Positions 20,678 to 29,345 of a stretch of DNA of 64,000 nucleotides are shown here, piece after piece. The notes beneath the pieces are model-generated. The model was not told where the DNA came from, did not search any database, and worked only from the letters and a program-made list of their open reading frames with translations. The first letter of the stretch is position 1. Every line of letters begins with the position of its first letter. Made by a program: the position numbers and the translations under genes. Source of the stretch: Spirochaetales bacterium (lineage in GTDB: Bacteria > Spirochaetota > GWE2-31-10); contig JAGANG010000020.1 of the NCBI GenBank assembly GCA_017624275.1, positions 15,866 to 79,865 on the forward strand, given 5' to 3'.

Positions 20678-21970
20678 ATGGGAAAAACTATTGCGGAAAA
20701 AATTTTTGATGCCCATTTAGTGGAAAAACCTTTCGACGATACATTTGTTGTGAAACTCGACAGAGTATTTTGTCATGAAATAACTACTCCGATTGCTATC
20801 ACAGATTTGGAAGCAAGAGGAAAAGACAGAGTTTTTGATCCTACAAAAATCAAAGCTGTTATTGACCATGTAACGCCGTCAAAAGATTCAAAAACTGCAG
20901 AACAATCTAAAATTTTAAGAGATTGGGCTAGACGTCACAATATCAAAGATTTCTTTGATGTGGGACGTAACGGTGTTTGTCATGCGATTTTCCCGGAAAG
21001 CGGTTTTGTTCGTCCGGGATTTACTTTGATAATGGGTGACAGCCACACTTGTACACACGGAGCATTCGGAGCATTTGCTGCCGGCGTAGGTACAACAGAC
21101 CTTGAAGTTGGAATTTTGAAAGGCGTTTGTTCATTTAAAACTCCTAAGACTATAAAATTTGAATTAACAGGAAAATTGCAGCCTGGTGTATATGCCAAAG
21201 ACGTGATTTTGTTTGTTATCGGACAAATCGGTGTAAACGGTGCTACTAACTGCGTAATGGAATTTTCCGGTAATATCATCGATGAAATGAGTATGGAATC
21301 TCGTATGACATTGTGTAATATGGCAATCGAAGCCGGCGGAACATCTGGAATTTGTTATCCGGATATGGTAACCGTAGATTATTTGTGGCCACATATCAGC
21401 GGTGAATACGAAAGCAAAGAAGCTGCATTAAAAGAATTTTCTCAATGGAAAAGCGATGACGATGCAGTATACGAAAAAGTTTATAAATTTGACTTATCTA
21501 CATTGGAACCTATGGTGACTTTCGGTTATAAACCAGACCAAGTAAAAACTATCAAAGAAATGGAAGGAACTCCTGTAGATCAAATTTATATCGGAAGTTG
21601 TACAAACGGAAGAATCGAAGATTTGAGAATTGCCGCAGAAGTACTTAAGGAAAATAAAATTGCCGATACTGTTCGATGTGTATTGAGCCCGGCAACTCCT
21701 AAGATTTATAAAGATGCATTAAAAGAAGGTTTAATCGATATCTTTATGGAAGCCGGAGTATGTGTGACAAACCCTACTTGCGGTGCATGTCTTGGTATGA
21801 GTAACGGCGTTTTGGCAAACGGAGAAGTTTGTGCATCAACAACAAACAGAAATTTTAACGGAAGAATGGGAAAAGGTGGAATGGTTCATCTAATGAGCCC
21901 TGCAAGTGCGGCAGCTACTGCAATTACAGGAAAAATCACTCAATCACCTCTTTTTAAAGGAGCAAAATAA
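20678..21970 (+). CDS. leuC: 3-isopropylmalate dehydratase / homoaconitase large subunit (type 2 aconitase-family)
   Basis: MGKTIAEKIFDAHL..., DHVTPS, GDSHTCTHGAFGAFA, and cluster ligands SCTNGR and NPTCGACLG. Confidence 0.85.
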   Translation: MGKTIAEKIFDAHLVEKPFDDTFVVKLDRVFCHEITTPIAITDLEARGKDRVFDPTKIKAVIDHVTPSKDSKTAEQSKILRDWARRHNIKDFFDVGRNGVCHAIFPESGFVRPGFTLIMGDSHTCTHGAFGAFAAGVGTTDLEVGILKGVCSFKTPKTIKFELTGKLQPGVYAKDVILFVIGQIGVNGATNCVMEFSGNIIDEMSMESRMTLCNMAIEAGGTSGICYPDMVTVDYLWPHISGEYESKEAALKEFSQWKSDDDAVYEKVYKFDLSTLEPMVTFGYKPDQVKTIKEMEGTPVDQIYIGSCTNGRIEDLRIAAEVLKENKIADTVRCVLSPATPKIYKDALKEGLIDIFMEAGVCVTNPTCGACLGMSNGVLANGEVCASTTNRNFNGRMGKGGMVHLMSPASAAATAITGKITQSPLFKGAK

Positions 21971-22494
21971 TGAAAGATTTCAGCGGAAAAGTATTATTTC
22001 TTGATCGTTCAGACATTAACACTGATGAAATTATTCCTGCAAAATATTTGACAGAGATTACAAAAGCAGCATTGAAGCCTTATGTTTTGGAAGATTTGAA
22101 ACTTGACGGTTTCGATCCAAAAAAAGATATTGAAGGCAAAAAAGTTATTATTACACGTGAAAACTTTGGCTGTGGTTCAAGCCGTGAACATGCACCTTGG
22201 GCATTGGAAGTAAACAATATTTTCACAGTCGTAGCCGTAAACTTTGCACGTATATTCCGCCAAAATATGTACAATTGCGGAATGCTTGCTATTGATATGG
22301 AAGCTTCAATTGTAGATGATATGTTTGCTAATTTTGCCGGAAAAGAAACACTTGCGACTGTAGATACAGAAAAAACTACAATTACATTAAAAGCCGGTGA
22401 TTTAGAAAAAAGTTATGCATTCAAACTTGAAGGTTTTGACAAAGCATTAATCGACAGCGACGGCTGGGTTGGTTATGCGGATATGAAATACTAA
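21970..22494 (+). CDS. leuD: 3-isopropylmalate dehydratase / homoaconitase small subunit
   Basis: INTDEIIPAKYL, ENFGCGSSREHAPWAL. ATG overlaps the leuC stop (TAATG). Confidence 0.85.
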   Translation: MKDFSGKVLFLDRSDINTDEIIPAKYLTEITKAALKPYVLEDLKLDGFDPKKDIEGKKVIITRENFGCGSSREHAPWALEVNNIFTVVAVNFARIFRQNMYNCGMLAIDMEASIVDDMFANFAGKETLATVDTEKTTITLKAGDLEKSYAFKLEGFDKALIDSDGWVGYADMKY

Positions 22495-22516
22495 TTTTCT
22501 ATCTATAAAAAAATGA

Positions 22517-22563
22517 GAAACTCTCGAAGTGCAAAATTGTTTGTAAACTTTGGGAGTTTTTTT
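22517..22563 (+). terminator. probable intrinsic terminator after leuD
   Basis: AAACTC...GAGTTT stem with a long loop, followed by a T-run (22557-22563). Confidence 0.45.
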
Positions 22564-22593
22564 ATATCATGGCGGAAAATCAAGGAGTAAAAA

Positions 22594-23040
22594 ATGACAA
22601 AAGTTGAAAAAGCATTAGATTTGTATGCAAATAATTTTAATTGTTCGCAGGCGGTTTTGACTGCATTTGCAAAGGATTTCGGACTTTCGGAAGAATTGAC
22701 TTTGCGATTGGGAACTGCTTTCGGCGGCGGAGCAAGAAATGCACAAATGTGCGGTGCAATCTCCGGAGCTTTGATGGTATTGGGATTAAAATTTGGTCAT
22801 TTTGAAGCCCAAAATCAAGAACAAAAATCTCGTAATTATGCAATCAGTGCAGATTTCACAAATCGTTTTAAAAATAAATACGGTTCTATTGTGTGCAAAG
22901 ATTTACTGGAAGCGGATTTGACAACTGAAGAGGGAAAAGCAAAAATTGCAGAAAAGAATCTTTTCAGAACGCTTTGTCCTAAAATTATTCAAAGTGCAGT
23001 AGAAATTTTAGAAGAAGTAATTTCCGATTATGATAAATAG
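22594..23040 (+). CDS. C_GCAxxG_C_C family redox-active protein
   Basis: NCSQAVLTAFA, MCGAISGALMVLG, SIVCKDLL and TLCPKII fit the C-GCAxxG-C-C cysteine pattern. Confidence 0.7.
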   Translation: MTKVEKALDLYANNFNCSQAVLTAFAKDFGLSEELTLRLGTAFGGGARNAQMCGAISGALMVLGLKFGHFEAQNQEQKSRNYAISADFTNRFKNKYGSIVCKDLLEADLTTEEGKAKIAEKNLFRTLCPKIIQSAVEILEEVISDYDK

Positions 23041-23064
23041 GTGATTGTTTTTTAGGAAGAATTT

Positions 23065-23970
23065 ATGAAAAAAATACTTGTTACGGGCGGAAGTGTTTTT
23101 GTAAGTAAAAATATTGCCGAATATTTCGCTCAAAAAGATTATGAAGTTTATGTATTAAACAGAAATAATCATCCTCAACCGAAAAACACGCAACAAATAA
23201 AAGCCGACAGAAATTCACTGGGAGATTCTTTGAAAAAATATCATTTTGATATTGTGCTGGATGTTACGGCTTATACACAAACTGATGTGAAAAATTTGCT
23301 TGATGGGATAAATCCGGTAGAAAAATATATTTTGATTAGCTCCAGTGCAGTTTACCCGGAAACTTTAAAACAACCTTTCAGGGAAAATCAACAAACCGGA
23401 GAAAACTCAATTTGGAAGGATTACGGCACTAATAAAATCGCAGCGGAAAAATATTTACTTTCACAAATTCCCGATGCTTACATAATTCGCCCGCCGTATT
23501 TATACGGAGAAATGAACAATTTATACCGAGAAGCTTTTGTTTTTGATTGTGCAGAACAAAACAGAACTTTTTATATTCCCAAAGACGGAAAAATGAAATT
23601 GCAGTTTTTTTATATAAAAGATTTGTGTCGGTTTATATGCATTATAATGGAAGAAAATCCGGAAAATCATATTTTTAATGTGGGAAATGAGAAAGCGATT
23701 ACTGTTTCAGACTGGGTAAAACTTTGTTATAAAGTTGTAGGAACAGAGTTAAAAATCCAAAACGTTTATGAAAATATTCTACAGAAAAATTATTTTTGCT
23801 TTTACGATTATGAATATGAATTGGATGTCTCGTTGCAAAAGAAATTAATGGTAGAAACAACAGATTTGAAAGAAGGACTACGGCAATCATATTTGTGGTA
23901 CAAAGAAAACAAAGACAAGGTAAACAAACGAAATTACATAGAATTTATCAAAACCAATATCAAAATTTAG
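23065..23970 (+). CDS. NAD-dependent epimerase/dehydratase family protein
   Basis: N-terminal Rossmann motif KILVTGGSVFVSKNIAEYF. SDR-extended-like length (301 aa). Confidence 0.7.
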   Translation: MKKILVTGGSVFVSKNIAEYFAQKDYEVYVLNRNNHPQPKNTQQIKADRNSLGDSLKKYHFDIVLDVTAYTQTDVKNLLDGINPVEKYILISSSAVYPETLKQPFRENQQTGENSIWKDYGTNKIAAEKYLLSQIPDAYIIRPPYLYGEMNNLYREAFVFDCAEQNRTFYIPKDGKMKLQFFYIKDLCRFICIIMEENPENHIFNVGNEKAITVSDWVKLCYKVVGTELKIQNVYENILQKNYFCFYDYEYELDVSLQKKLMVETTDLKEGLRQSYLWYKENKDKVNKRNYIEFIKTNIKI

Positions 23971-23994
23971 CAATTTATGTGAAAAATCAATCGC

Positions 23995-24879
23995 TTATTT
24001 CTTTTTTGCTTTGAAAAAATTTGTTTCGGATATTAAAAGAGCGGTGAAAATTAAAATACAGCCGATAAACATTCGCAATGTGATTTTTTCATGCAAAAAT
24101 ATGACGGAACTGAGAACTCCGAATACAGCTTCGAATGATAATATCAAAGATGTGGTAGACGGACGGACGATTTTTTGACAAACGTTTTGTAGCAAAAATC
24201 CCAACATTGTACTGAACAATCCTAAATACAATATAGAATTGAGAACATTCCACTGGCTTACTATTTTGAAATCAAAAGTTCCGTCATAAATCGGAGTGGC
24301 TATCCAACCTAAAATTGCAGTTATACTTAATTGAATTATTGTTAATAATATCGGATCTTCTTTTGCGGTATATTTTGAAATAAATACCATGTGTAATGCA
24401 TAAAATAATCCGCAAATCAGCGTGAGAAAATCTCCGATATTGACAGAAAATTGAGTATCGCTTTCCAATGACAAAAAACCGATTCCTACAAGTGCAATAA
24501 CTGCGGCTGCAACAGAAACTTTTGCGGGCTTTATTTTTGAGAAAATCCAAGTCAAAAACGGAACAATCATTACGTATGTTGTTGTCAAAAAAGCATTTTT
24601 TCCGGCAGTAGTGTATTCGCAACCGATAGTTTGAAACGCATATGCCAAAAAAAGGAAAATTCCGAGTATTCCGCCGTGAATTAATGATTTTTTTGATATT
24701 CTCGAAAGTTTACGCCAAAATATAATGCACAACAGCGGTACTGAAATTGTGAATCGAAAAGCAATCATGTAGATCGGCGGTAAAACTTCAAGGGAATTTT
24801 TTACTACTACAAAAGCAAACCCCCAAATCATTGTTGTAAAAATTAGTCCCAAACTTGCAAAAAACGCTTTTTTATTCAC
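23995..24879 (-). CDS. DMT-superfamily (EamA-like) transporter
   Basis: About 10 predicted TM helices in two EamA-like halves; 294 aa. Confidence 0.7.
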   Translation of the reverse strand: MNKKAFFASLGLIFTTMIWGFAFVVVKNSLEVLPPIYMIAFRFTISVPLLCIIFWRKLSRISKKSLIHGGILGIFLFLAYAFQTIGCEYTTAGKNAFLTTTYVMIVPFLTWIFSKIKPAKVSVAAAVIALVGIGFLSLESDTQFSVNIGDFLTLICGLFYALHMVFISKYTAKEDPILLTIIQLSITAILGWIATPIYDGTFDFKIVSQWNVLNSILYLGLFSTMLGFLLQNVCQKIVRPSTTSLILSFEAVFGVLSSVIFLHEKITLRMFIGCILIFTALLISETNFFKAKKK

Positions 24880-25082
24880 ACAAAACCTCTCGTAATTTAG
24901 TGCGTAACATTACTTAAAAAATAATTTTTTTCAAAGTGATTTTTCATTTGTTAGTTGATAAAATTAATTGTTTACGGAAAAAACGAATGAGCTTTGGAAT
25001 GTTTGTTAAATAAAACAGCTTGACAATCAACTCATTTGCATTAATTTTTCTGCAAATCATTATCATCAATAAGGTTTTTACT

Positions 25083-25535
25083 ATGCAATTTCTCAACCTT
25101 TTCGGCTTAATTTTTATCACAGTTGTCATGATTCCGAACATTATTTTTGCCGTAAAATGCAAAGACGGATTTGAAAATTACATACAAGGGAAATGGGGAA
25201 AAGTTTTGGAAATTTTTGAACAAATCGGGCGATACGGCTGTTTTGTTACCATGATTTTTAACATTCCCGGAACTTATATCGGATTTTCCTCGGATACAGC
25301 TTTTGCAATCTACCTTTTTATAAATGTAATTTTGGTTTTTATTTATTGCTTGATTTGGATAATCTGTTTTAAGAAAAACAATTTGTTTCGTGGGATTGCC
25401 CTTTCCGTAATTCCGTCGGTGTTGTTTTTGTTCAGCGGAATAATAAGTCGCTCTGTTTTATTGATTGCGGCGGCAATAATTTTTGCACCGTGTCACGTGA
25501 TAATTTCAGTGGGAAATGTCATTCGTAAAACTTAA
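25083..25535 (+). CDS. hypothetical integral membrane protein
   Basis: ATG at 25083 (MQFLNLFGLIFITVVMIPN...) is preferred over the track's TTG at 25020. About 4-5 TM helices, no recognisable domain. Confidence 0.5.
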   Translation: MQFLNLFGLIFITVVMIPNIIFAVKCKDGFENYIQGKWGKVLEIFEQIGRYGCFVTMIFNIPGTYIGFSSDTAFAIYLFINVILVFIYCLIWIICFKKNNLFRGIALSVIPSVLFLFSGIISRSVLLIAAAIIFAPCHVIISVGNVIRKT

Positions 25536-25870
25536 AAAAATACTTTCGAAACTTCTTCGGTAATTCGCTCGTGCAAATCTTGCGAAAGTTTCTTGTAGAT
25601 TTCGTTTGATAAGTTTGTAATCAATTCAGCTTTGTTTGATATAAAAATATTGTTTTCTGAGTGCTTTTGTTCAAAAAGTTGTCCCGGTTCAATCTTTAAT
25701 GTTTCGGCGATTAAATCAATAGTTTCCGGCTTCGGAAATTTGTGCCGACTTTCAATTTCAGTAATATAAGTATAACCGTAACCGATTTTCTCGGATAATT
25801 CTTCTTGAGTCAGACCTGCTGCCTTCCTGTAAAATTTCAGATTTTTTCTAAAAATTTCTCTTGTACTCAT
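25532..25870 (-). CDS. XRE-family HTH transcriptional regulator (paralogue 1 of 4)
   Basis: IFRKNLKFYRKAAGLTQEELSEKIGYGYTYITEIESRHKFPKPETIDLIAETLKIEPGQLF is a Cro/C1-type HTH. Confidence 0.85.
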   Translation of the reverse strand: MSTREIFRKNLKFYRKAAGLTQEELSEKIGYGYTYITEIESRHKFPKPETIDLIAETLKIEPGQLFEQKHSENNIFISNKAELITNLSNEIYKKLSQDLHERITEEVSKVFF

Positions 25871-25920
25871 AGACTATATAATACAAAGAAAACTTGTAAA
25901 GATTTATAGCTGGTAAGCCT

Positions 25921-25929
25921 TGTTATAAT
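25921..25929 (+). promoter_or_regulatory. candidate extended -10 promoter (TGTTATAAT) for the 53-aa exported peptide gene
   Basis: Exact TGnTATAAT in the divergent intergenic region. ATAGACTATA occurs twice nearby (25870-25879, 25955-25964). Confidence 0.35.
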
Positions 25930-26021
25930 AAAATCATTATGCTAACATGTATTTATAGACTATAAAATTTATAAATTTAAATCTGTTTGCTACACTCAAA
26001 TATACGAAAGGAGGGCTTTTC

Positions 26022-26183
26022 ATGAAAAGAATAATTGCAACTTTATTAGTGTTAGTTGGAACAAGTGCAATGATATTTGCTACAACTACTGATTGCAAAG
26101 CTGCAAAAGCACCTGTTGAAACTACAGCAGATGCAACAGCTGATGTAACTGTTGATACAATAGCAGATGTAGCTGTAGAATAA
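26022..26183 (+). CDS. small exported peptide (53 aa, not in ORF track)
   Basis: GAAAGGAGGG RBS 6 nt upstream. MKRIIATLLVLVGTSAMIFA signal peptide, then TTTDCKAAKAPVETTADATADVTVDTIADVAVE. Followed by a strong terminator. Confidence 0.6.
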   Translation: MKRIIATLLVLVGTSAMIFATTTDCKAAKAPVETTADATADVTVDTIADVAVE

Positions 26184-26204
26184 GTAGCTATAAAATTATA
26201 AATG

Positions 26205-26233
26205 AGGAAGGTTTTGTGCCTTCCTTATTTTTT
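26205..26233 (+). terminator. intrinsic terminator
   Basis: AGGAAGG (26205-26211) / CCTTCCT (26219-26225) 7-bp stem, then TATTTTTT. Confidence 0.8.
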
Positions 26234-26325
26234 CCCTACCAAACAACTCAATACATCACGCTTTACATTTTTTTCCATAATCGATATATAATGGAAAATA
26301 TTTCGTATTTACAAGGATGTTTACT

Positions 26326-26844
26326 ATGAGAAAATCTTATAAGCTTTTGTTTTTCGTTGCGTTGATTTCGTTGTTTGCTTTTTCGGCTTTTTCTCAATCT
26401 TTAGAAGCCGGCTCGGTTGCTCCGGATTTTTCTTTATTGCTTCAAGAAAACGGAAAAGCCGGCGATAAAACCGTAAATCTTTCATCTTACAAAGGCAAAG
26501 TTTTGTTTTTGCACTTTTGGGCGACTTGGTGTCCGCCGTGCAAAAAAGAACTTCCTCACATGGAAGCTTTGGCAAGAAAATTAGCGGAGCAGGGAGATAA
26601 TGCAAAAATGAAATTCCTCGCTGTTTGTATTTCGGACAGTCAAAAAGCACTTACATCATTTATGCAGAACAACGGTTACACTTTCCCGTCGGCACTTGAT
26701 GAACCGGGAAAAGTTGCCATGGCTTACGGAATTCAAGGCGTTCCCACATCGATTTTGATTTCACCGGAAGGACGGATTTTGAAAATCCAAGTCGGAATGA
26801 TGAGCCAAAAGCAATTGGAAAAATTTGTAGCTGATTATCAATAA
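26326..26844 (+). CDS. TlpA/ResA-like thiol-disulfide oxidoreductase (exported thioredoxin fold)
   Basis: Signal peptide MRKSYKLLFFVALISLFAFSAFS. FWATWCPPCKKELP active site. GVPTSILI cis-Pro loop. ATG at 26326 has AAGGA 8 nt upstream. Confidence 0.85.
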   Translation: MRKSYKLLFFVALISLFAFSAFSQSLEAGSVAPDFSLLLQENGKAGDKTVNLSSYKGKVLFLHFWATWCPPCKKELPHMEALARKLAEQGDNAKMKFLAVCISDSQKALTSFMQNNGYTFPSALDEPGKVAMAYGIQGVPTSILISPEGRILKIQVGMMSQKQLEKFVADYQ

Positions 26845-26847
26845 CAT

Positions 26848-27009
26848 ATGAAGAAAAAAATCTTTTTAAAAAAGAACATAACACTTGCTCAATTGATTTT
26901 ATTCGGATTGGGAATTGCACTTTTATTGATGGGAATATTTTTCGGCGACTTACAAGATATTTACCGAAAAGCGATTTTTATTTGCATGGAGTGTATCGGA
27001 ATTGGCTAA
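26848..27009 (+). CDS. small membrane protein with C-terminal CxxC (CMECIGIG), CD1871A-like (53 aa, not in ORF track)
   Basis: Hand translation: MKKKIFLKKNITLAQLILFGLGIALLLMGIFFGDLQDIYRKAIFICMECIGIG. It has one TM helix, lies 3 nt after the tlpA-like stop, and overlaps the next gene's start. Confidence 0.6.
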   Translation: MKKKIFLKKNITLAQLILFGLGIALLLMGIFFGDLQDIYRKAIFICMECIGIG

Positions 27010-27853
27010 AATTGAAGAAACTTTCGCTACAGAAAAAAAAATCAAATTAAAAAGGAAGCTAATCCAATTTACAGCTGCGTTAATTTACAACGCAGATGTA
27101 ACTCATTGGTTTAACGGAACAATTTCTCAAACCGGATTAAAAAAAGTTTGCGTGCCGGGGCTGAACTGTTATTCATGTCCCGGAGCCGTTTCTTCGTGTC
27201 CGTTGGGTGCGTTGCAAAACACATTGGCAAACGGAAAAATCCCTTTTTTTATTACCGGATTTTTTTTGATTATAGGAACTTTATTCGGACGATTAGTTTG
27301 TTCTTTTTTGTGCCCGTTTGGTTTATTCCAAGAATTACTCCACAAAATTCCGTCACCGAAAATAAAACATTCACCAAAGTTGCGACCGATTACCCGAAAA
27401 ATTTCGCTTTTAAAATACGTTATTTTGATAATTGTTTGCGTTGCGTTACCGATTATTTTTTATTTCAAAGACGGCTTTGCGTCACCTTTTTTTTGCAAAT
27501 GGATTTGTCCGGAAGGAACGACTTTTGCAGGCTGGCCGCTGGTTACATTAAATGAAAATCTACGCAGTGCCATAGGATTTTTATTTTCGTGGAAAACAAT
27601 TTTGGCAGTTTTTTTTATTTTATGGTCAATCTTTATGTTCCGCCCGTTTTGCAGATTTTTTTGTCCGTTGGGGGCGATTTATTCATTTTTCAACAAATGG
27701 GCAATTTTCGGAATCAAAGTTGACGAAACAAAATGCACTCACTGCAACGCCTGCGTGAATTCTTGCAAAATGGATACAAAAAAAATCAACGATCGAGAAT
27801 GTATTCGTTGCGGTGAATGTAAAACCAAATGCAAATTCGATGCGATAAAATAA
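27002..27853 (+). CDS. membrane-bound 4Fe-4S binding protein (NapH/MauN-like polyferredoxin)
   Basis: CVPGLNCYSCPGAVSSCPLGALQ, CPFG, CPEG and CPLG membrane Cys motifs. C-terminal CTHCNACVNSC...CIRCGECKTKC ferredoxin motifs. Confidence 0.8.
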   Translation: MAKIEETFATEKKIKLKRKLIQFTAALIYNADVTHWFNGTISQTGLKKVCVPGLNCYSCPGAVSSCPLGALQNTLANGKIPFFITGFFLIIGTLFGRLVCSFLCPFGLFQELLHKIPSPKIKHSPKLRPITRKISLLKYVILIIVCVALPIIFYFKDGFASPFFCKWICPEGTTFAGWPLVTLNENLRSAIGFLFSWKTILAVFFILWSIFMFRPFCRFFCPLGAIYSFFNKWAIFGIKVDETKCTHCNACVNSCKMDTKKINDRECIRCGECKTKCKFDAIK

Positions 27854-27898
27854 TTATTCGCTGTCAAAGAAAATGATTGGTTTGCAAATGACCGGAGA
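27649..27898 (+). repeat. 250-bp direct repeat, copy 1 (3' 205 bp of the 4Fe-4S gene plus 45 bp downstream)
   Basis: Aligns base-for-base with 29090-29339 (offset 1441). I found 3 mismatches: 27659 T/G, 27793 T/C, 27814 T/C. Confidence 0.9.
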
Positions 27899-27926
27899 AG
27901 AATTGAAGTCTGTTTTGATAGTAAGT

Positions 27927-27955
27927 AAAAAGGGGCATTTTTTGCCCCCTTTTTT
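27927..27955. terminator. bidirectional intrinsic terminator
   Basis: AAAAAGGGGCA tttttt TGCCCCCTTTTTT: a GC stem flanked by an A-run and a T-run, between convergent genes. Confidence 0.75.
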
Positions 27956-28024
27956 ATGCCATTGCTTACGCTCGGTATTTAACTAACGTTAAATACTTCA
28001 TTCGTACACTTTGTGTACTCATCG

Positions 28025-28858
28025 TTACAGTTTTTCTATTTCTTCAGGCGACAGTCCGGTAAGAGTTGCAACTTGTTCTATGGATAAATTCATTGTTAAT
28101 GCATTTTTCGCAGTTTCAAGCTTAGCTTCGTTACGACCACGTTCTTCACCGGCTTTTTCTCCGATTGCGATGCCGTATTTTATGCCTTCTTCACGTGCTT
28201 CACTTTTTGCTTCTGCAATTCTTGTTGTGTATGTCATATATTTACGCCTCGTTTCTCTGTTTTCTTTTAGTTCTGTTATTGAGCTGTTTATTTTCTCTGT
28301 TAATGTGGAATCAGCTGTTCCACGTCGGATGTAATCATAAAATAACTTCAATTCCGGGTCAAGCAAAGTCAAATCATCAGACGCTGTATTCAAGAAAATC
28401 TTATAAGTTCCGTCATTCAATCGCAATGGCTTATCTTCGTTAAGGTAAATATTCTCAAACTTATAAAACGCCTTGCCATGTAAGAAAGGATCGAAGGTGC
28501 AAATAAAAATCACGTAGTTGTCTTTCATTTCGGAATATAATTCTCCCGGCAAAGTGTTATCAATGTCTGCTGCGGCTTGATAATATCTCGAGCGTTTTGG
28601 TAGCTCAAGTCGATGTCCGTTTTGTAACTCTACATTAATAATCTTCTTCTCATCACGCAAGTAAACATCCATAGCAATGGTTTTGGCTTCCGGGTCGATT
28701 TCAATCTCATACTGGCTGGTTAAGAATTCAATCTTGCCGACCTTAATTCCGAGAATCGTTTCTACGACTTCTTTGCAAATCTCCTTGTTCTTCATGACCT
28801 GTGAAAACATGAAGTCATCTGTGAATGTCAGATCTTCCCATGCTTTAAATTTTATCAT
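28025..28858 (-). CDS. Rpn-family recombination-promoting nuclease / PD-(D/E)XK 'putative transposase'
   Basis: N-terminus LTFTDDFMFSQVMKNKEICKEVVETILGIKV...IDPEAKTIAMDVYLRDE...INVELQ is typical of the YhgA/Rpn (Transposase_31) family. C-terminal ...LSIEQVATLTGLSPEEIEKL. Confidence 0.75.
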   Translation of the reverse strand: MIKFKAWEDLTFTDDFMFSQVMKNKEICKEVVETILGIKVGKIEFLTSQYEIEIDPEAKTIAMDVYLRDEKKIINVELQNGHRLELPKRSRYYQAAADIDNTLPGELYSEMKDNYVIFICTFDPFLHGKAFYKFENIYLNEDKPLRLNDGTYKIFLNTASDDLTLLDPELKLFYDYIRRGTADSTLTEKINSSITELKENRETRRKYMTYTTRIAEAKSEAREEGIKYGIAIGEKAGEERGRNEAKLETAKNALTMNLSIEQVATLTGLSPEEIEKL

Positions 28859-29078
28859 TCTTTTCTACCTCTTAATATAAAATTAGGAAGCGTTGTCTTA
28901 CCAAGTAAGAACAATATTTCCATTACATATAAACAAGTTTTTTTTCAAAATATTGCAGGTTTGGCGAAAAAAGTTGAAGTTTTTTTGTTTTAATCTTGTG
29001 AAACGTCATTTAAACGGCATTTGAGTAAACGAAAAATGTGAGAGTAAATAACTGAGATGCTCATGTTTTGAAATTAAA

Positions 29079-29294
29079 ATGATCATAATTTGCAGATTTG
29101 TTTGTCCGTTGGGGGCGATTTATTCATTTTTCAACAAATGGGCAATTTTCGGAATCAAAGTTGACGAAACAAAATGCACTCACTGCAACGCCTGCGTGAA
29201 TTCTTGCAAAATGGATACAAAAAAAATCAACGACCGAGAATGTATTCGTTGCGGCGAATGTAAAACCAAATGCAAATTCGATGCGATAAAATAA
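29079..29294 (+). pseudogene. duplicated 3' fragment of the 4Fe-4S binding protein gene (C-terminal 66 aa)
   Basis: The ORF translation from residue 6 is the same as the C-terminus of 27002..27853 apart from F-to-V. It lacks the membrane part and lies within repeat copy 2. Confidence 0.7.
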
Positions 29295-29339
29295 TTATTC
29301 GCTGTCAAAGAAAATGATTGGTTTGCAAATGACCGGAGA
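29090..29339 (+). repeat. 250-bp direct repeat, copy 2
   Basis: See copy 1. Repeat identity ends 6 nt before the XRE gene stop (29346). Confidence 0.9.
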
Positions 29340-29345
29340 CAAAAG

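Noticed and set aside
20980-21394. Antisense ORFs inside leuC. The same class occurs elsewhere: 2665..3060, 3441..3870, 5921..6250, 6788..7661, 37113..37310, 40402..40701, 54638..55024, 55595..56201
   Set aside because: These are shadow ORFs on the opposite strand or in alternate frames of genes with clear family signatures. They show no SD and have compositional bias typical of antisense frames.
27148-27555. 135-aa alternate-frame ORF within the 4Fe-4S membrane protein gene
   Set aside because: It is on the same strand but in a different frame from a gene with well-defined Cys motifs. Its translation is low-complexity and Arg/Phe-rich, with no independent SD.
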